Shown piece by piece: positions 10,629-19,771 of a stretch of DNA of 64,000 bases; positions within the stretch are counted from its first letter, which is position 1, and every line of letters starts with the position of its first letter. This DNA comes from Pseudomonadota bacterium (GTDB lineage: Bacteria > Bdellovibrionota > FAC87 > UBA2466), in the NCBI GenBank assembly GCA_043767805.1, contig JAYUGC010000036.1, positions 1-64,000 of the forward strand. The letters run 5' to 3'. Below the pieces are notes generated by a model. That model was given only the letters and a program-made list of their open reading frames with translations. It made no database searches and was not told where the DNA came from. Made by a program: the position numbers and the translations under genes.

Positions 10629-12121
10629 AGAATACGACCGCGATCGGTGTCGAGCGCGAACGGTAACCCCGCAAGGATGCCTTGGATGTGAGGCATAGGG
10701 GGGCTGACCTCAACTCCATTTTTCCCCAAGATGAGCTCGCGAATGCTGGACTCGTGGGGCCCGCTTCGTTTTTTGACGACGGAAATCGCCTTCTTCACGC
10801 ACCCCTCCATTTCGTAAAACCGGAAAAGGACGACGTTATCCGCCAGGTAGCTGGCGTCAATGGGAGCGGCGACCGACGTTCCGAAGAGGCCATGCTGGGC
10901 GCAAATCAAAATGGTGGTAGCTCCTTGTTGATTCAAGTAGCTGAGCAGCTCGTGGAGCTGGATGATGAGAAAGCGCTCTTCGGGCATCGCGTTCAGGTAG
11001 CCGTTCAGGCTATCGATAATGACCACGCTGGCTTTTTGCTTCTCGACGCTCTCTTTAACCCGCGAAACGAATTCGCCGGGAGACAACTCGGCCGGATCGA
11101 CTTGATGGAGGAGCAAGAGGCCTTTTTTGACGAAACTTTCCAGATCGATACCAAACCCTCTGGCCCGGGTGAACAAGCTGCCGAAGCCTTCGTCGAAACA
11201 GAAGACGGATGCCTTTTCGCCGCGCCCCATGGCGGCCACCGCGTACTGCATGGAGACGCTGGATTTTCCGCACCCGGCGGGGCCCATGAAGAGGCTGCTC
11301 GAACCTTTCGGAAGGCCGCCTCCCAAAAGAGCGTCCAAAGGGGTGACGCCACTGAGTACCGCCCTCTTCTCGAATTCCTGATGGTGTTCGGCGGAGACGA
11401 GGCGAGGGAAGACTTGGAGCCCTCCCTTTTGAATGACGAAATCATGAAAGCCTCCGCGGTATTTCACGCCGCGAAGCTTGACCACGCGGAGACGACGGCG
11501 TTCCGCCCCGTACTCCGGAGAGAGCTGCTCGAGCATAACGGCGCCGTGCACCAAGCTCTGTAGCTGGAGGTCGCCGACATCCGAAGTGCGGTCGTCCAAG
11601 AATAGAACCGTGCACTCGCGCCCTATGAAGAAATGCTTCAATGCCAGGATCTGCCGACGATAGCGAAGCGGGTCTCGGGCGAGTAGCCGCATCTCGGATA
11701 GGGAATCAAAGACGACGCGCTTGGGTTTTGCGCGCTCGACCACATCGAGCACGGCCTTGGTGGTCTGCCCCAGCTCGACTTCCGAGGGGTGAAAGAACGT
11801 GTATTGGTCCTGACTGTCGCCAGCCTCGTCGTCGGTAGGGCCTAGCTCGAAGAGCTCAATTCCCTCCAAAGACCAACCGTGGCTTTTCGCGACGGAACGC
11901 AGCTCGTCACTTGTCTCGGAAAGAGTAACGTAGAGACAGGACTCGCCCTGTGCTCGCCCTTCCATGAGGTAACTAAGGGCGAGGGTGGTCTTTCCGCTCC
12001 CAGGATTTCCCTCAATGAGATAGACGCGATTTTGCGGAAAGCCACCGCAGAGCACATTATCGAGGCCTTCGATTCCGGTGGTGACCCGCTCTTCTAAGGG
12101 CGAGGTATTTTCATTTGCCAC
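10625..12121 (-). CDS. KaiC-like double-domain RecA-superfamily ATPase
   Basis: Two Walker A motifs (GNPGSGKT, GPAGCGKS), KLRG and KKRS fingers, SYLAD. Confidence 0.9.
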   Translation of the reverse strand: MANENTSPLEERVTTGIEGLDNVLCGGFPQNRVYLIEGNPGSGKTTLALSYLMEGRAQGESCLYVTLSETSDELRSVAKSHGWSLEGIELFELGPTDDEAGDSQDQYTFFHPSEVELGQTTKAVLDVVERAKPKRVVFDSLSEMRLLARDPLRYRRQILALKHFFIGRECTVLFLDDRTSDVGDLQLQSLVHGAVMLEQLSPEYGAERRRLRVVKLRGVKYRGGFHDFVIQKGGLQVFPRLVSAEHHQEFEKRAVLSGVTPLDALLGGGLPKGSSSLFMGPAGCGKSSVSMQYAVAAMGRGEKASVFCFDEGFGSLFTRARGFGIDLESFVKKGLLLLHQVDPAELSPGEFVSRVKESVEKQKASVVIIDSLNGYLNAMPEERFLIIQLHELLSYLNQQGATTILICAQHGLFGTSVAAPIDASYLADNVVLFRFYEMEGCVKKAISVVKKRSGPHESSIRELILGKNGVEVSPPMPHIQGILAGLPFALDTDRGRIL

Positions 12122-12149
12122 TCTAATCTCCTCTTAGGGAGCTCAGGAA

Positions 12150-12165
12150 TTCAATAAACGTGCCA
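12150..12165 (-). promoter_or_regulatory. Putative sigma54-type promoter for the kaiC-like operon
   Basis: TGGCACGTTTATTGAA (GG-N10-GA, one mismatch). Confidence 0.45.
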
Positions 12166-12320
12166 TGGCTTTACGGCAAGATTTGCTCGGCCGTCGTGTC
12201 CGATGAGTGTCTCCAAAAAGTGACACTGCCGCGCGAGAGAGCCAGAGCGGTTACAACCCCCGTCTTCCGAGAACTCTTTCTTGAGAACGCCCGCCTGCTG
12301 AAATACTCGGCGAACGGCCG

Positions 12321-12701
12321 CTAAGTCATTTGAGCGGATAGGCGGGGCACTACGAGGCATGCCACCGTCATAATGATTTCGCTGATCAAGAAATAGAACA
12401 TCATCGGCTTGCGCGGCGCTTCGAAGACGAGACCCGCCACGCGGGTGAGGCCTAGCCCCGCATACACTGCGGCACCGAGCCATGCCGCCGGAAGGGCAAA
12501 CTCTTCGAGGATAGCGGCGGCGATGAAGCACCCGCCAAGAGCGGTGCAGAGGCCTCCATAAGTCGCTCTGAAATCGGTGAGTCCCGAGGGGTGGGTGAAA
12601 CTAATGCCCAGCGCATTCGCCGTGTCCTTCGTCCAGAAGAGGCAGATGCCTCCAATCGCGAGAAAGATAACTCCGTTCACCCAATTCAATGTGCTCATCA
12701 T
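12321..12701 (-). CDS. DUF4345-like membrane protein
   Basis: Four hydrophobic segments; DFRATYGG; GLTRVAGL. Confidence 0.7.
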   Translation of the reverse strand: MMSTLNWVNGVIFLAIGGICLFWTKDTANALGISFTHPSGLTDFRATYGGLCTALGGCFIAAAILEEFALPAAWLGAAVYAGLGLTRVAGLVFEAPRKPMMFYFLISEIIMTVACLVVPRLSAQMT

Positions 12702-12730
12702 GAGAAACAGCTTATATAATTCATTTACCC

Positions 12731-12934
12731 ATGGCGACTTTCATCGCGCTACTCAGAGGCATCAATGTGAGCGGGCACCGGCCCGTAAAGATGGGCCGCC
12801 TCTACCTTCACCGCCCGAAAAGTTACGGCCTCACCAAATTCTCGAATCAGAATATCGAGAAGTGGCTCTCGGTTAGCGCGACAACGCGCAACTGGAAAAC
12901 CGTAAACGAGCTATATCGCCTGGCGACGCAATAA
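12731..12934 (+). pseudogene. DUF1697 family gene with large in-frame internal deletion
   Basis: N-term IALLRGINVSG...VKM fused directly to C-term ...ATTRNWKTV; only 67 aa. Confidence 0.75.
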
Positions 12935-12977
12935 AAAAAGGAGGAGACCGCAGCTCGTCGTCGGTCTCCTCCTTCTT
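12933..12977. terminator. Intrinsic terminator between convergent genes
   Basis: 13-bp stem aaggaggagaccg/cggtctcctcctt with flanking A-run. Confidence 0.8.
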
Positions 12978-12996
12978 CGATTACGACTACGCCTTA

Positions 12997-13557
12997 CTAC
13001 GGATAATAATAGTAGTAGGGGTTGTAGTAGTAACTGTAACGGTACGGGTACCGGTAGTAGCTGTACGGGTAATAACTATAGGGATACGAGTATCCGCCAT
13101 AGTAATAACCGTAGTTGCCGTATCCTCGGTAATTACTGTAGTAGCCACGGTATCCATAACCGTAAAGGCCGTAGTTACCGCTATTGTAGTACCAGTTCCA
13201 GCTCGCGCGAACTGCGTTGGACTGTCGATCGGCGTTGGTGGCTTTCGCTACCGACGACGGCATCGCATCGCTCTTATCCGGCTCCACGGCTACGCCGTTT
13301 CGTTTGTCGAGTTGCAGGGCCACTTGCTCAGCCGTTTGATCGTTGACCACCCTCTGACTTAAGTTCAGACCAAACACTTCCGCGGATACGTCTTGTCCGG
13401 AAGCGTCCTGTAAGGATTTAACGACGATCACTTTCGGCAGCGCGGCCGAGCTTGGGACGGCTGCCACGTTTGCGCTAGTGTCCGCCGAAAAGGCCGGCAC
13501 CGCACTGAAGAGTCCGAGCGCTACCGAAAGCAGCGGGACTGTTAGTTTATGAAACAT
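12997..13557 (-). CDS. Secreted protein with extremely Tyr-rich C-terminus
   Basis: GGAGG RBS, signal peptide, tail with 33 Tyr in last 67 aa. Confidence 0.8.
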   Translation of the reverse strand: MFHKLTVPLLSVALGLFSAVPAFSADTSANVAAVPSSAALPKVIVVKSLQDASGQDVSAEVFGLNLSQRVVNDQTAEQVALQLDKRNGVAVEPDKSDAMPSSVAKATNADRQSNAVRASWNWYYNSGNYGLYGYGYRGYYSNYRGYGNYGYYYGGYSYPYSYYPYSYYRYPYRYSYYYNPYYYYYP

Positions 13558-13613
13558 ATTTTCCTCCACATGATGAGACTTCCACGCACGACAGTGTGCT
13601 TGACAGCAGGTTC

Positions 13614-13629
13614 TGCATACCGGAAGCCA
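13614..13629 (-). promoter_or_regulatory. Putative sigma54 promoter for Tyr-rich protein
   Basis: TGGCTTCCGGTATGCA (GG-N10-GC). Confidence 0.45.
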
Positions 13630-13647
13630 AAGTGAAGGAAAATTTGA

Positions 13648-14010
13648 CTATGCGGACGGACCGAAGTGCCCGGCGACGAGACGCCATCCGTCCACGGTTC
13701 TCAACCAGACCCGGGTGAAGCGCAGTGCGCCCTGAAATCCAGGTAAGGTGAGATCTGCGCGACAGGTCACGATTGCCATCTCGCCATGTTCGGTAACGAC
13801 GAGATCGCTCACGTCGAAAGATGTGAACTTCCGAAAGCCTGCGGGCTCATGGGCTTCCACCATCTCTCGCTTCGTGAAGACTTGGCCGTCATGTCCCGTG
13901 AACTTGGAGTTTTCCGCTAGGTACGTCTCGAAAAAAGCGGGATCGTTATGAAAGTCCGCTTCCCTAAGACGAGCCTCGAGCTCCGTGATTTCCCGGATCG
14001 TATCGCTCAT
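13648..14010 (-). CDS. NTF2-like/DUF4440 protein
   Basis: ELEARLREA, LRFTRVW...GWRLVAGH. Confidence 0.8.
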   Translation of the reverse strand: MSDTIREITELEARLREADFHNDPAFFETYLAENSKFTGHDGQVFTKREMVEAHEPAGFRKFTSFDVSDLVVTEHGEMAIVTCRADLTLPGFQGALRFTRVWLRTVDGWRLVAGHFGPSA

Positions 14011-14702
14011 TACTTGGGGAGATTATTCTCGCACGTCGCCTGAGCGTAGTAGTTCTGCACAGTCGTACCGGAGACGTTTTTCATCTCGCCGTACTGGGTG
14101 CAAAAGAGATTCTTGTTCGATTTCAACAGAGCGTTGTCGCAAGTCGGGGCAGCGTAGAAGTTATGCACGGTCTCGCCTTCGCTGTTTTTGAGCTCGCCGT
14201 ATTGCGTGCAGAAGAAACCGTCTTTGGCTTCCTTCATCGAATCGTTGCAAATGGCTTGGCTGTAGAAGTTCTGAAGCGAAGCGCCGGTGTTGTTTTTCAA
14301 TTCTCCGTACTGGGTGCAAAAGAGATTGGCGCGGCTTACTTTCAGCGCGTCCGTGCAGGACGTCGCCGCATAGTAATTGTTCAGCGTCGTTCCCTTCGAG
14401 TTTTTCAGCTCGCCGTATTGGGTGCAGAACATGGAGCCGTGGGAAACTTTGAGCGCGTCCGTGCAGGTCGCCTCGGCGTAGAAGTTGTGGACGCTTTCGC
14501 CTTTGACGGTTTCTTTGAGCTCGCCGTATTGGCTGCAGAAGAGGTTCGCGCGGGAGCCGGCGACCACTTCGAGGCATTTCGCGTTCGCGTAGAAGTTGTG
14601 GAGGGTGACACCGTCCTGGTTCTTTAATTCTCCGTACTGAGTGCAAATCAGGGCGCCGCAAGCGGGAAAGGAAACCAAGGCAGCGAAAAGAAACGACTTC
14701 AT
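14010..14702 (-). CDS. Secreted six-repeat Cys-paired protein
   Basis: Signal peptide plus six ~36-aa repeats FCTQYGELKNxxGxxxxN(F/Y)YAxxxC. Confidence 0.8.
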   Translation of the reverse strand: MKSFLFAALVSFPACGALICTQYGELKNQDGVTLHNFYANAKCLEVVAGSRANLFCSQYGELKETVKGESVHNFYAEATCTDALKVSHGSMFCTQYGELKNSKGTTLNNYYAATSCTDALKVSRANLFCTQYGELKNNTGASLQNFYSQAICNDSMKEAKDGFFCTQYGELKNSEGETVHNFYAAPTCDNALLKSNKNLFCTQYGEMKNVSGTTVQNYYAQATCENNLPK

Positions 14703-14812
14703 GAACGATCCTCCAAAAAAGCGATGGCGGAGATTGCCATGAAGGTGAGTACCAAATCAAGAGGCCGCTAGTAAGTCTTTAATTCTTTACCGGTTCCGGC
14801 TAAACCATCCTC

Positions 14813-15172
14813 ATGCGGGACAGCAAATTAGTCTATTCAACCGACCCGAAGCTCAACGAAAAATGCCCGAAATGCCGGGAAGTGAAATCCGAGTGCACGT
14901 GCCCGCCCCCGGTCGACCCGAAGGCGGCCAAGTTCGTGGCTATCCTTCGGATTGAAAAGCAGGGGCGTGGCGGAAAAGTCGTCACCGTGGTGGACGGCCT
15001 TCCCAAGGAGAGCCTCTTCCTAAAGGATCTGACGCGCCATTTGAAAAACCGCTGCGGCTCCGGCGGCACCTTCCGGATGGAAGGTAAAGATGGGGTCGTC
15101 GAGATTCAGGGCGATAAGCGCGAGCTCATCCGAACATTTCTCGAAGCCAAAAAGATCCGCGTCAAAGGCTGA
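14813..15172 (+). CDS. yciH: SUI1/YciH translation initiation factor homolog
   Basis: LVYSTD, GRGGKVVTVVDGL, LKNRCGSGGT, EIQGD. Confidence 0.88.
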   Translation: MRDSKLVYSTDPKLNEKCPKCREVKSECTCPPPVDPKAAKFVAILRIEKQGRGGKVVTVVDGLPKESLFLKDLTRHLKNRCGSGGTFRMEGKDGVVEIQGDKRELIRTFLEAKKIRVKG

Positions 15173-15184
15173 GTCCATCATGCT

Positions 15185-15200
15185 CGGCTCCATCCTTGCA
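15185..15200 (+). promoter_or_regulatory. Putative sigma54 promoter
   Basis: CGGCTCCATCCTTGCA (GG-N10-GC) 27 nt before the start at 15227. Confidence 0.45.
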
Positions 15201-15226
15201 GTTACTAGTTAAGGAAAGGAGCCACC

Positions 15227-15556
15227 GTGAAACCTACTATTTATCTCTTTGTCGTTACGATAGCGGCTCTCATCTCTCTTGCCGCGACCGTACCTTATGC
15301 CACGGCTCCCCGCACTTCGTTTACGGGAAGCGAGGTAAGGCAGGAGACGGAGCGAGCGAACGACCCGAGCCGTATGCCACTCGTGCAAACGCCCTCTCCC
15401 AATACGTCGATAGGAGTCGCCACTCAACCCGAGCAGAACCGGTCCGAGCCCAATCAAGGCATCACCAAGACTTGGGACGATCGCTTTCGGCAGAACCCCA
15501 CGGCTGATTCCGATGCCGAAGAGGTCAGGGAACGAGCCCGCGGGACCGCCGAATAA
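15227..15556 (+). CDS. Hypothetical exported protein
   Basis: AAGGAG RBS, GTG start, hydrophobic N-terminus, polar remainder. Confidence 0.6.
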   Translation: MKPTIYLFVVTIAALISLAATVPYATAPRTSFTGSEVRQETERANDPSRMPLVQTPSPNTSIGVATQPEQNRSEPNQGITKTWDDRFRQNPTADSDAEEVRERARGTAE

Positions 15557-15558
15557 AG

Positions 15559-15918
15559 TTAGCGGACTTTGACGCTACAAGAGAGCCATTCGCCAGACGC
15601 TATGACGACGCCCAGCTTGATGACCGTGTCCGCGCCGTTAGCCGCGATTGGGAAGTACGCGTAGGCCGAATGGCCGCCCGCCGTTTGAATATAGACATCA
15701 TAGCTCTCGGGATGATTCACCGACAGCTTGACCTGTTCGTTGTTGGGACCGACGGCCACGGCGAACATGCCGTAGTGCATTTTGGGATTGATGTTTGAGA
15801 ACGTCAAAATTTCTCCCGCGCTCTCGAGCTTGCAATGCCCGTCGACGACCTGAGGGTTGCCCGCCGCCATGAGCGCCGGGGCCAGCAATAAACCAAGAAA
15901 AGCCAATTTGTTTCGCAT
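15559..15918 (-). CDS. Hypothetical secreted protein
   Basis: GGAGG RBS, signal peptide, two Cys. Confidence 0.65.
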   Translation of the reverse strand: MRNKLAFLGLLLAPALMAAGNPQVVDGHCKLESAGEILTFSNINPKMHYGMFAVAVGPNNEQVKLSVNHPESYDVYIQTAGGHSAYAYFPIAANGADTVIKLGVVIASGEWLSCSVKVR

Positions 15919-16086
15919 ACGAACCTCCAATGCAGTCACTTTCGCTCCTGCCGCGCCTCGTTGTCCAATTGGATCTGCCTATAGGTGTAATTACGCCGGT
16001 AACAGCAGTTAAAGCCTACCGGGGTGCGTCCCGAGGGAGCGGGGGCCGCGTGTTACGCTTTAGGGGTACCTTAAAGGAGAAAGCTT

Positions 16087-17136
16087 ATGCGTCGTTCTCT
16101 CGGTTTATGGTTCGCGGCTTTGGTGATTGGTCTCATGGGGAGGGGAGCGCTTCCCGCCGATCCCGTCTTTTCGAGCTACTACGTAGACGGGAGCGACAAA
16201 GCGCTCATCCGCCAGCTCGCGGAAAACTTCGACCTGCAACGACGGAGCGGAACTGGGTTTGAAGTTCTGGTGCGCGCGGATCGCGCGGCGGAGCTATTTA
16301 AAGCCGCGCCCCAGGCGACGCTCGTCGAGCGAGACGTGCAAGACGTCTTTCGCCGCGTGGATCTCAGGGACTATCATGATTTCAACTCCGTACAGCAAGA
16401 GCTGAAAGATGTCGTCCAAAAGTATCCGCAAATCGCGGCGCTCGAAAATTACGGCGTTTCCCAAGACGGAAGGCCTCAGCTCGTACTCCGGCTGACCGGC
16501 CCCACGCTGAGCCAAAAGCCGGAGATTTTGATTACGTCCTCCACTCACGGCGATGAGCTCATCACGGTGGAACTGACGATGAGCCTCATTCAGAAGTTCG
16601 TAACCGCGTACGGGAGCGACACGCGTCTCACCCATATTTTGGATACCCACGTCGTCTATTTCATTCCGGTGGTGTCACCCGACGGCTATGTTCATCACAC
16701 CCGCTACACGAACGGCGTCGATCCTAACCGCAATTATCCCTGGCCCAGCGATCCCGATAAGAAATCCAATGTCGCCCTCGTGAACGAGATGGCTTGGGTA
16801 GCCAGCCACTCCATCGTGGGGAGCCTCGACATTCACTGCAACCTCGCCACCGTCATGTACCCCTGGGCGTATACGAGTCAAAAGCCGGGCGCCGAGCTTT
16901 CCCGCTTTCAAGACATCTCTCGCGCGATGGCTCAAGACACGGGTTACAACCACGGCCAGATTTCCGACGTATTTGGCACGGCTAAAGGAAGTAGCGCCGA
17001 CTACTGGTACTGGAAGCACAAGTCGATTTCCCTGGGCTATGAGATGGGCGGATCGTTTTTGCCGAATGCGCGCGACTTGCCGCGCGCGTTTGACGCCGAT
17101 ACGGCGGCGATCCTTCGTTTTATCGAAAGCTTCTAG
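16087..17136 (+). CDS. Secreted M14 zinc carboxypeptidase
   Basis: Signal peptide, HGDE, NGVDPNRNY, DIH, YPW, catalytic GYEMG. Confidence 0.9.
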   Translation: MRRSLGLWFAALVIGLMGRGALPADPVFSSYYVDGSDKALIRQLAENFDLQRRSGTGFEVLVRADRAAELFKAAPQATLVERDVQDVFRRVDLRDYHDFNSVQQELKDVVQKYPQIAALENYGVSQDGRPQLVLRLTGPTLSQKPEILITSSTHGDELITVELTMSLIQKFVTAYGSDTRLTHILDTHVVYFIPVVSPDGYVHHTRYTNGVDPNRNYPWPSDPDKKSNVALVNEMAWVASHSIVGSLDIHCNLATVMYPWAYTSQKPGAELSRFQDISRAMAQDTGYNHGQISDVFGTAKGSSADYWYWKHKSISLGYEMGGSFLPNARDLPRAFDADTAAILRFIESF

Positions 17137-17147
17137 GCGGGCGAAAT

Positions 17148-17175
17148 CGCCGCCGGATTTACCCGGCGGCGTTTT
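17148..17175 (+). terminator. Intrinsic terminator
   Basis: cgccgccgg/ccggcggcg stem followed by tttt. Confidence 0.75.
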
Positions 17176-17190
17176 AGTTCGGACTAAGGC

Positions 17191-17496
17191 TTACAAGGTC
17201 TGGCGAGTGGCGATGCACTTCGGCTGGCCTTCGTTCCAGCGGCAGTTGCCGAAGGTGTACTTGTCGCACGCGTTCGCGTCGGTGTTGAAAATCTGGCAAG
17301 CGTAGGGACTCGACGGCGCGCTGATTTTCTCGCAGAAACCGCCGCCTTCCATGTAACGGCAGAACGGGACCCGGGCGCAATTGCCTTTGGAATCCGTGTA
17401 GTGGTTGCAGATTTCTTCGAGAGAGTAGGTCTGCGCGGGCGCATTTGCGGCAAAGAGCAAGAACGCGATGGGGACTAGCTTCAAGAACTGGGACAT
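17191..17496 (-). CDS. Small secreted Cys-rich protein with two 4-Cys repeats
   Basis: Signal peptide; 8 Cys in two similar units. Confidence 0.7.
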   Translation of the reverse strand: MSQFLKLVPIAFLLFAANAPAQTYSLEEICNHYTDSKGNCARVPFCRYMEGGGFCEKISAPSSPYACQIFNTDANACDKYTFGNCRWNEGQPKCIATRQTL

Positions 17497-17600
17497 ACGT
17501 ACCTCTTAAGAACAGTGGGGGTTAATAATCGAGGGCGTGATTTAGCCGATTGCCCTGTCCCGGATCAAGAGGGGCTTCCCCAGAAGTGTTGCCGAATTTT

Positions 17601-19046
17601 TCAGCGGTTGCGCTCGAAGAGGGCGGTGAGCTGGGCGGCGTAGTTCCAGGTGAGGTGAGGCGCGCCCTGCATGAAGCCCGTGTCGCGATTGATTTGCTCG
17701 CTCTGGGACCAGTCCTTGTGGGCGTGGTAGCTCGCCCGCATCAGATAGCTATCGCCTTCGAAGCGAAGCTTTTCGAGAAGCCGCGCGAAGCGAGGGTCTT
17801 CGCCCCGTAACGTGGTTCCCGCGGAAAGCGAATCGTTCGGAGCCAAGTCCCGGAAGAAGGCGAGATTCATCTCCGTAATGCGGATTTCGCCTCGGTCTCT
17901 AAACGTGTTGGCGGCTTTGTAGTGCATTTCAGAAAACGCCGTCGTGAGCAGCGGCCAGGGATTGCCCGGCGGGTTTCCATCGGTCTGGTAACCGTCGTAG
18001 CGGTCTTCCGGATAGCGCCCGATGAGCGTGCCGAAAAGACCCTTGTGGTTCACAGGGTAGAGGCCGGAAAAAGAGCGCTTCAGATGAAAAGCGGTAGCTA
18101 GAACGCGGTCGTCGGAGGCGCCCATCCAGCCGTCTCCGGCATCGCCCTTGAGCGCGCCCAAGAGGACGGCGGTATCCAGCCCTGAGTCTTTGTAATCGAG
18201 CCCGCCGGAAAAACGTTTCGTCGCTTCGAGGTAGCCTTTCTCACCGCTCCAATGAGATTCCAAAACGGGGCGCATGGCGCGTGCTTCCTGCTCGTAAAAG
18301 TCGGCGGCTTCCGGATCTCCCAGACGGCGGGCGAGCGACGCTCCGTCGAGAAGGGCTTTTCTTTGCACCATCAGCGTGAAGAAATGCTGACCGTTCACTT
18401 CTTCCCAAAGGTCGAAGCAGGTCTCCCGCCAGTGGTGCGCGACGCTTTCGAGATCCGCTTTGATGAGGCTTCGCTTCGAACGGTCATAGAGCTGGTTTCT
18501 GACCTCTCCCTCGCGGCCTTCGGCGAGTAAACCGTTGGCGAAGCGCACGAAGAGCGAGGCGCGTAAGGCTTGGCTGTCGTTTTGAGGACGGCCCCAGGGC
18601 TGAGAGAAAGGCGTACCGTCGACGTAAAATTTTGGCTCACCGAGACCGCTCAAGGTCGGCGCGTTTTGATTGCCCTTCGAAAAACGCGCGAAGTCCATGA
18701 GCCGGCGGAAGCTATCGGCTCTATGCTCCGGGGCCTTCGAACTTAAGTAGAAACTTAGGACGGGCTCGTAGGAAAGAGAGGCGTCTCGCACCCAGTGGTA
18801 CCAGTAATCGGGGTTCGACCGGGAAGGCGAGGCGACGACCGCGCCCGGCGCGGTGCCTTCGGGGCTCAGGTTCTTCCAGAGAAAGAAGGCCGATCGCTCG
18901 ACTTGCTTCGCGGCCCAGCCGCTGATTTCCGCCGAATCCCGTTTGGCCGAGAGACGCGCCATGGTTTTCGCGCAGGTTTCCTCCGCCCACGTAGGCGTTA
19001 CCCACGCGAAAATACAGACGAAAGCCAAATGTTTGAAGCGCGCCAT
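17601..19046 (-). CDS. Secreted GH15 glucoamylase, fungal-type motifs
   Basis: YHWVRDA, LGEPKF, WGRPQND, DLWEEVNG, GRYPEDRY, GNPW, SEQ, LTW. Confidence 0.9.
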   Translation of the reverse strand: MARFKHLAFVCIFAWVTPTWAEETCAKTMARLSAKRDSAEISGWAAKQVERSAFFLWKNLSPEGTAPGAVVASPSRSNPDYWYHWVRDASLSYEPVLSFYLSSKAPEHRADSFRRLMDFARFSKGNQNAPTLSGLGEPKFYVDGTPFSQPWGRPQNDSQALRASLFVRFANGLLAEGREGEVRNQLYDRSKRSLIKADLESVAHHWRETCFDLWEEVNGQHFFTLMVQRKALLDGASLARRLGDPEAADFYEQEARAMRPVLESHWSGEKGYLEATKRFSGGLDYKDSGLDTAVLLGALKGDAGDGWMGASDDRVLATAFHLKRSFSGLYPVNHKGLFGTLIGRYPEDRYDGYQTDGNPPGNPWPLLTTAFSEMHYKAANTFRDRGEIRITEMNLAFFRDLAPNDSLSAGTTLRGEDPRFARLLEKLRFEGDSYLMRASYHAHKDWSQSEQINRDTGFMQGAPHLTWNYAAQLTALFERNR

Positions 19047-19096
19047 TCACTCCCCAGCAATAGGGGGAGTCTGTATCATGACCCGGCGTACCGACG

Positions 19097-19771
19097 CTAG
19101 ATTCTGCCTAGGAAAATAGAGTGTTGCGCGCCCGCTGTGGAGCGAGCGCGGGCCTTCTGGACGTCGACCTTGAAGCCGTTCTTGGAGAGGAGTTTCGCGA
19201 AAGCGGGGTTCTTCGCGACCGACCAAACCGCCAGGCAGCCGCCCGGACGAAGGGCCGCTTTGGCGAGACGAAGGCCTTTGGAATCATATAACCGGCGGTT
19301 TCCGCCAGTGCTGAACGCAGTGGGACCGTTGTCGACGTCGAGCAAAATGGAGTCGAATCCACCCGGCTCTTCCTGCAAAATTTCGACGACATCGCGCTGA
19401 ACGATCTGCACCCGCGAGTCCGCCATGGCTTCATGAGCGAGGTTGAACTCAGGATTACTGTTCCAAGCGACCACGGCCGGCATGATCTCGGCGACCACCA
19501 CTGTCGCGTCTTCGGCGACATGCTTCAGGGTGGCCTTCAGGGTGAACCCAAAGCCTAAGCCCCCCACGAGAACCCGGGCTTTCCGCTTGGTCTTGATGTC
19601 GGCGCATCCCAATTCCGCGAGCACTTCCTCGGAGTTGTGCTGGCGGGTCGACATCAGCTCGATGCCATTGATGCGGATGTAGTGGCAGCCGTCGTGCTCG
19701 TGCAATGACAGTGTTTTTCCATCGGGGGTCTTAGCGTGCTCGAGCGGCGTCCATTTTTTCACAGCATTCAA
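19097..19771 (-). CDS. Spermidine synthase-like SAM-binding protein
   Basis: ELMSTRQHNSE, VLVGGLGFGFTL, ILLDVDNGP. Confidence 0.8.
   Translation of the reverse strand: MNAVKKWTPLEHAKTPDGKTLSLHEHDGCHYIRINGIELMSTRQHNSEEVLAELGCADIKTKRKARVLVGGLGFGFTLKATLKHVAEDATVVVAEIMPAVVAWNSNPEFNLAHEAMADSRVQIVQRDVVEILQEEPGGFDSILLDVDNGPTAFSTGGNRRLYDSKGLRLAKAALRPGGCLAVWSVAKNPAFAKLLSKNGFKVDVQKARARSTAGAQHSIFLGRI

Noticed and set aside
10625..12121. True circadian clock locus
   Set aside because: No kaiA/kaiB in the window; the kinase-linked arrangement indicates a KaiC-like signalling ATPase
14010..14650. Regularly spaced DNA repeats resembling a CRISPR array
   Set aside because: Repeats vary at codon third positions and lie in an intact coding frame; no cas genes
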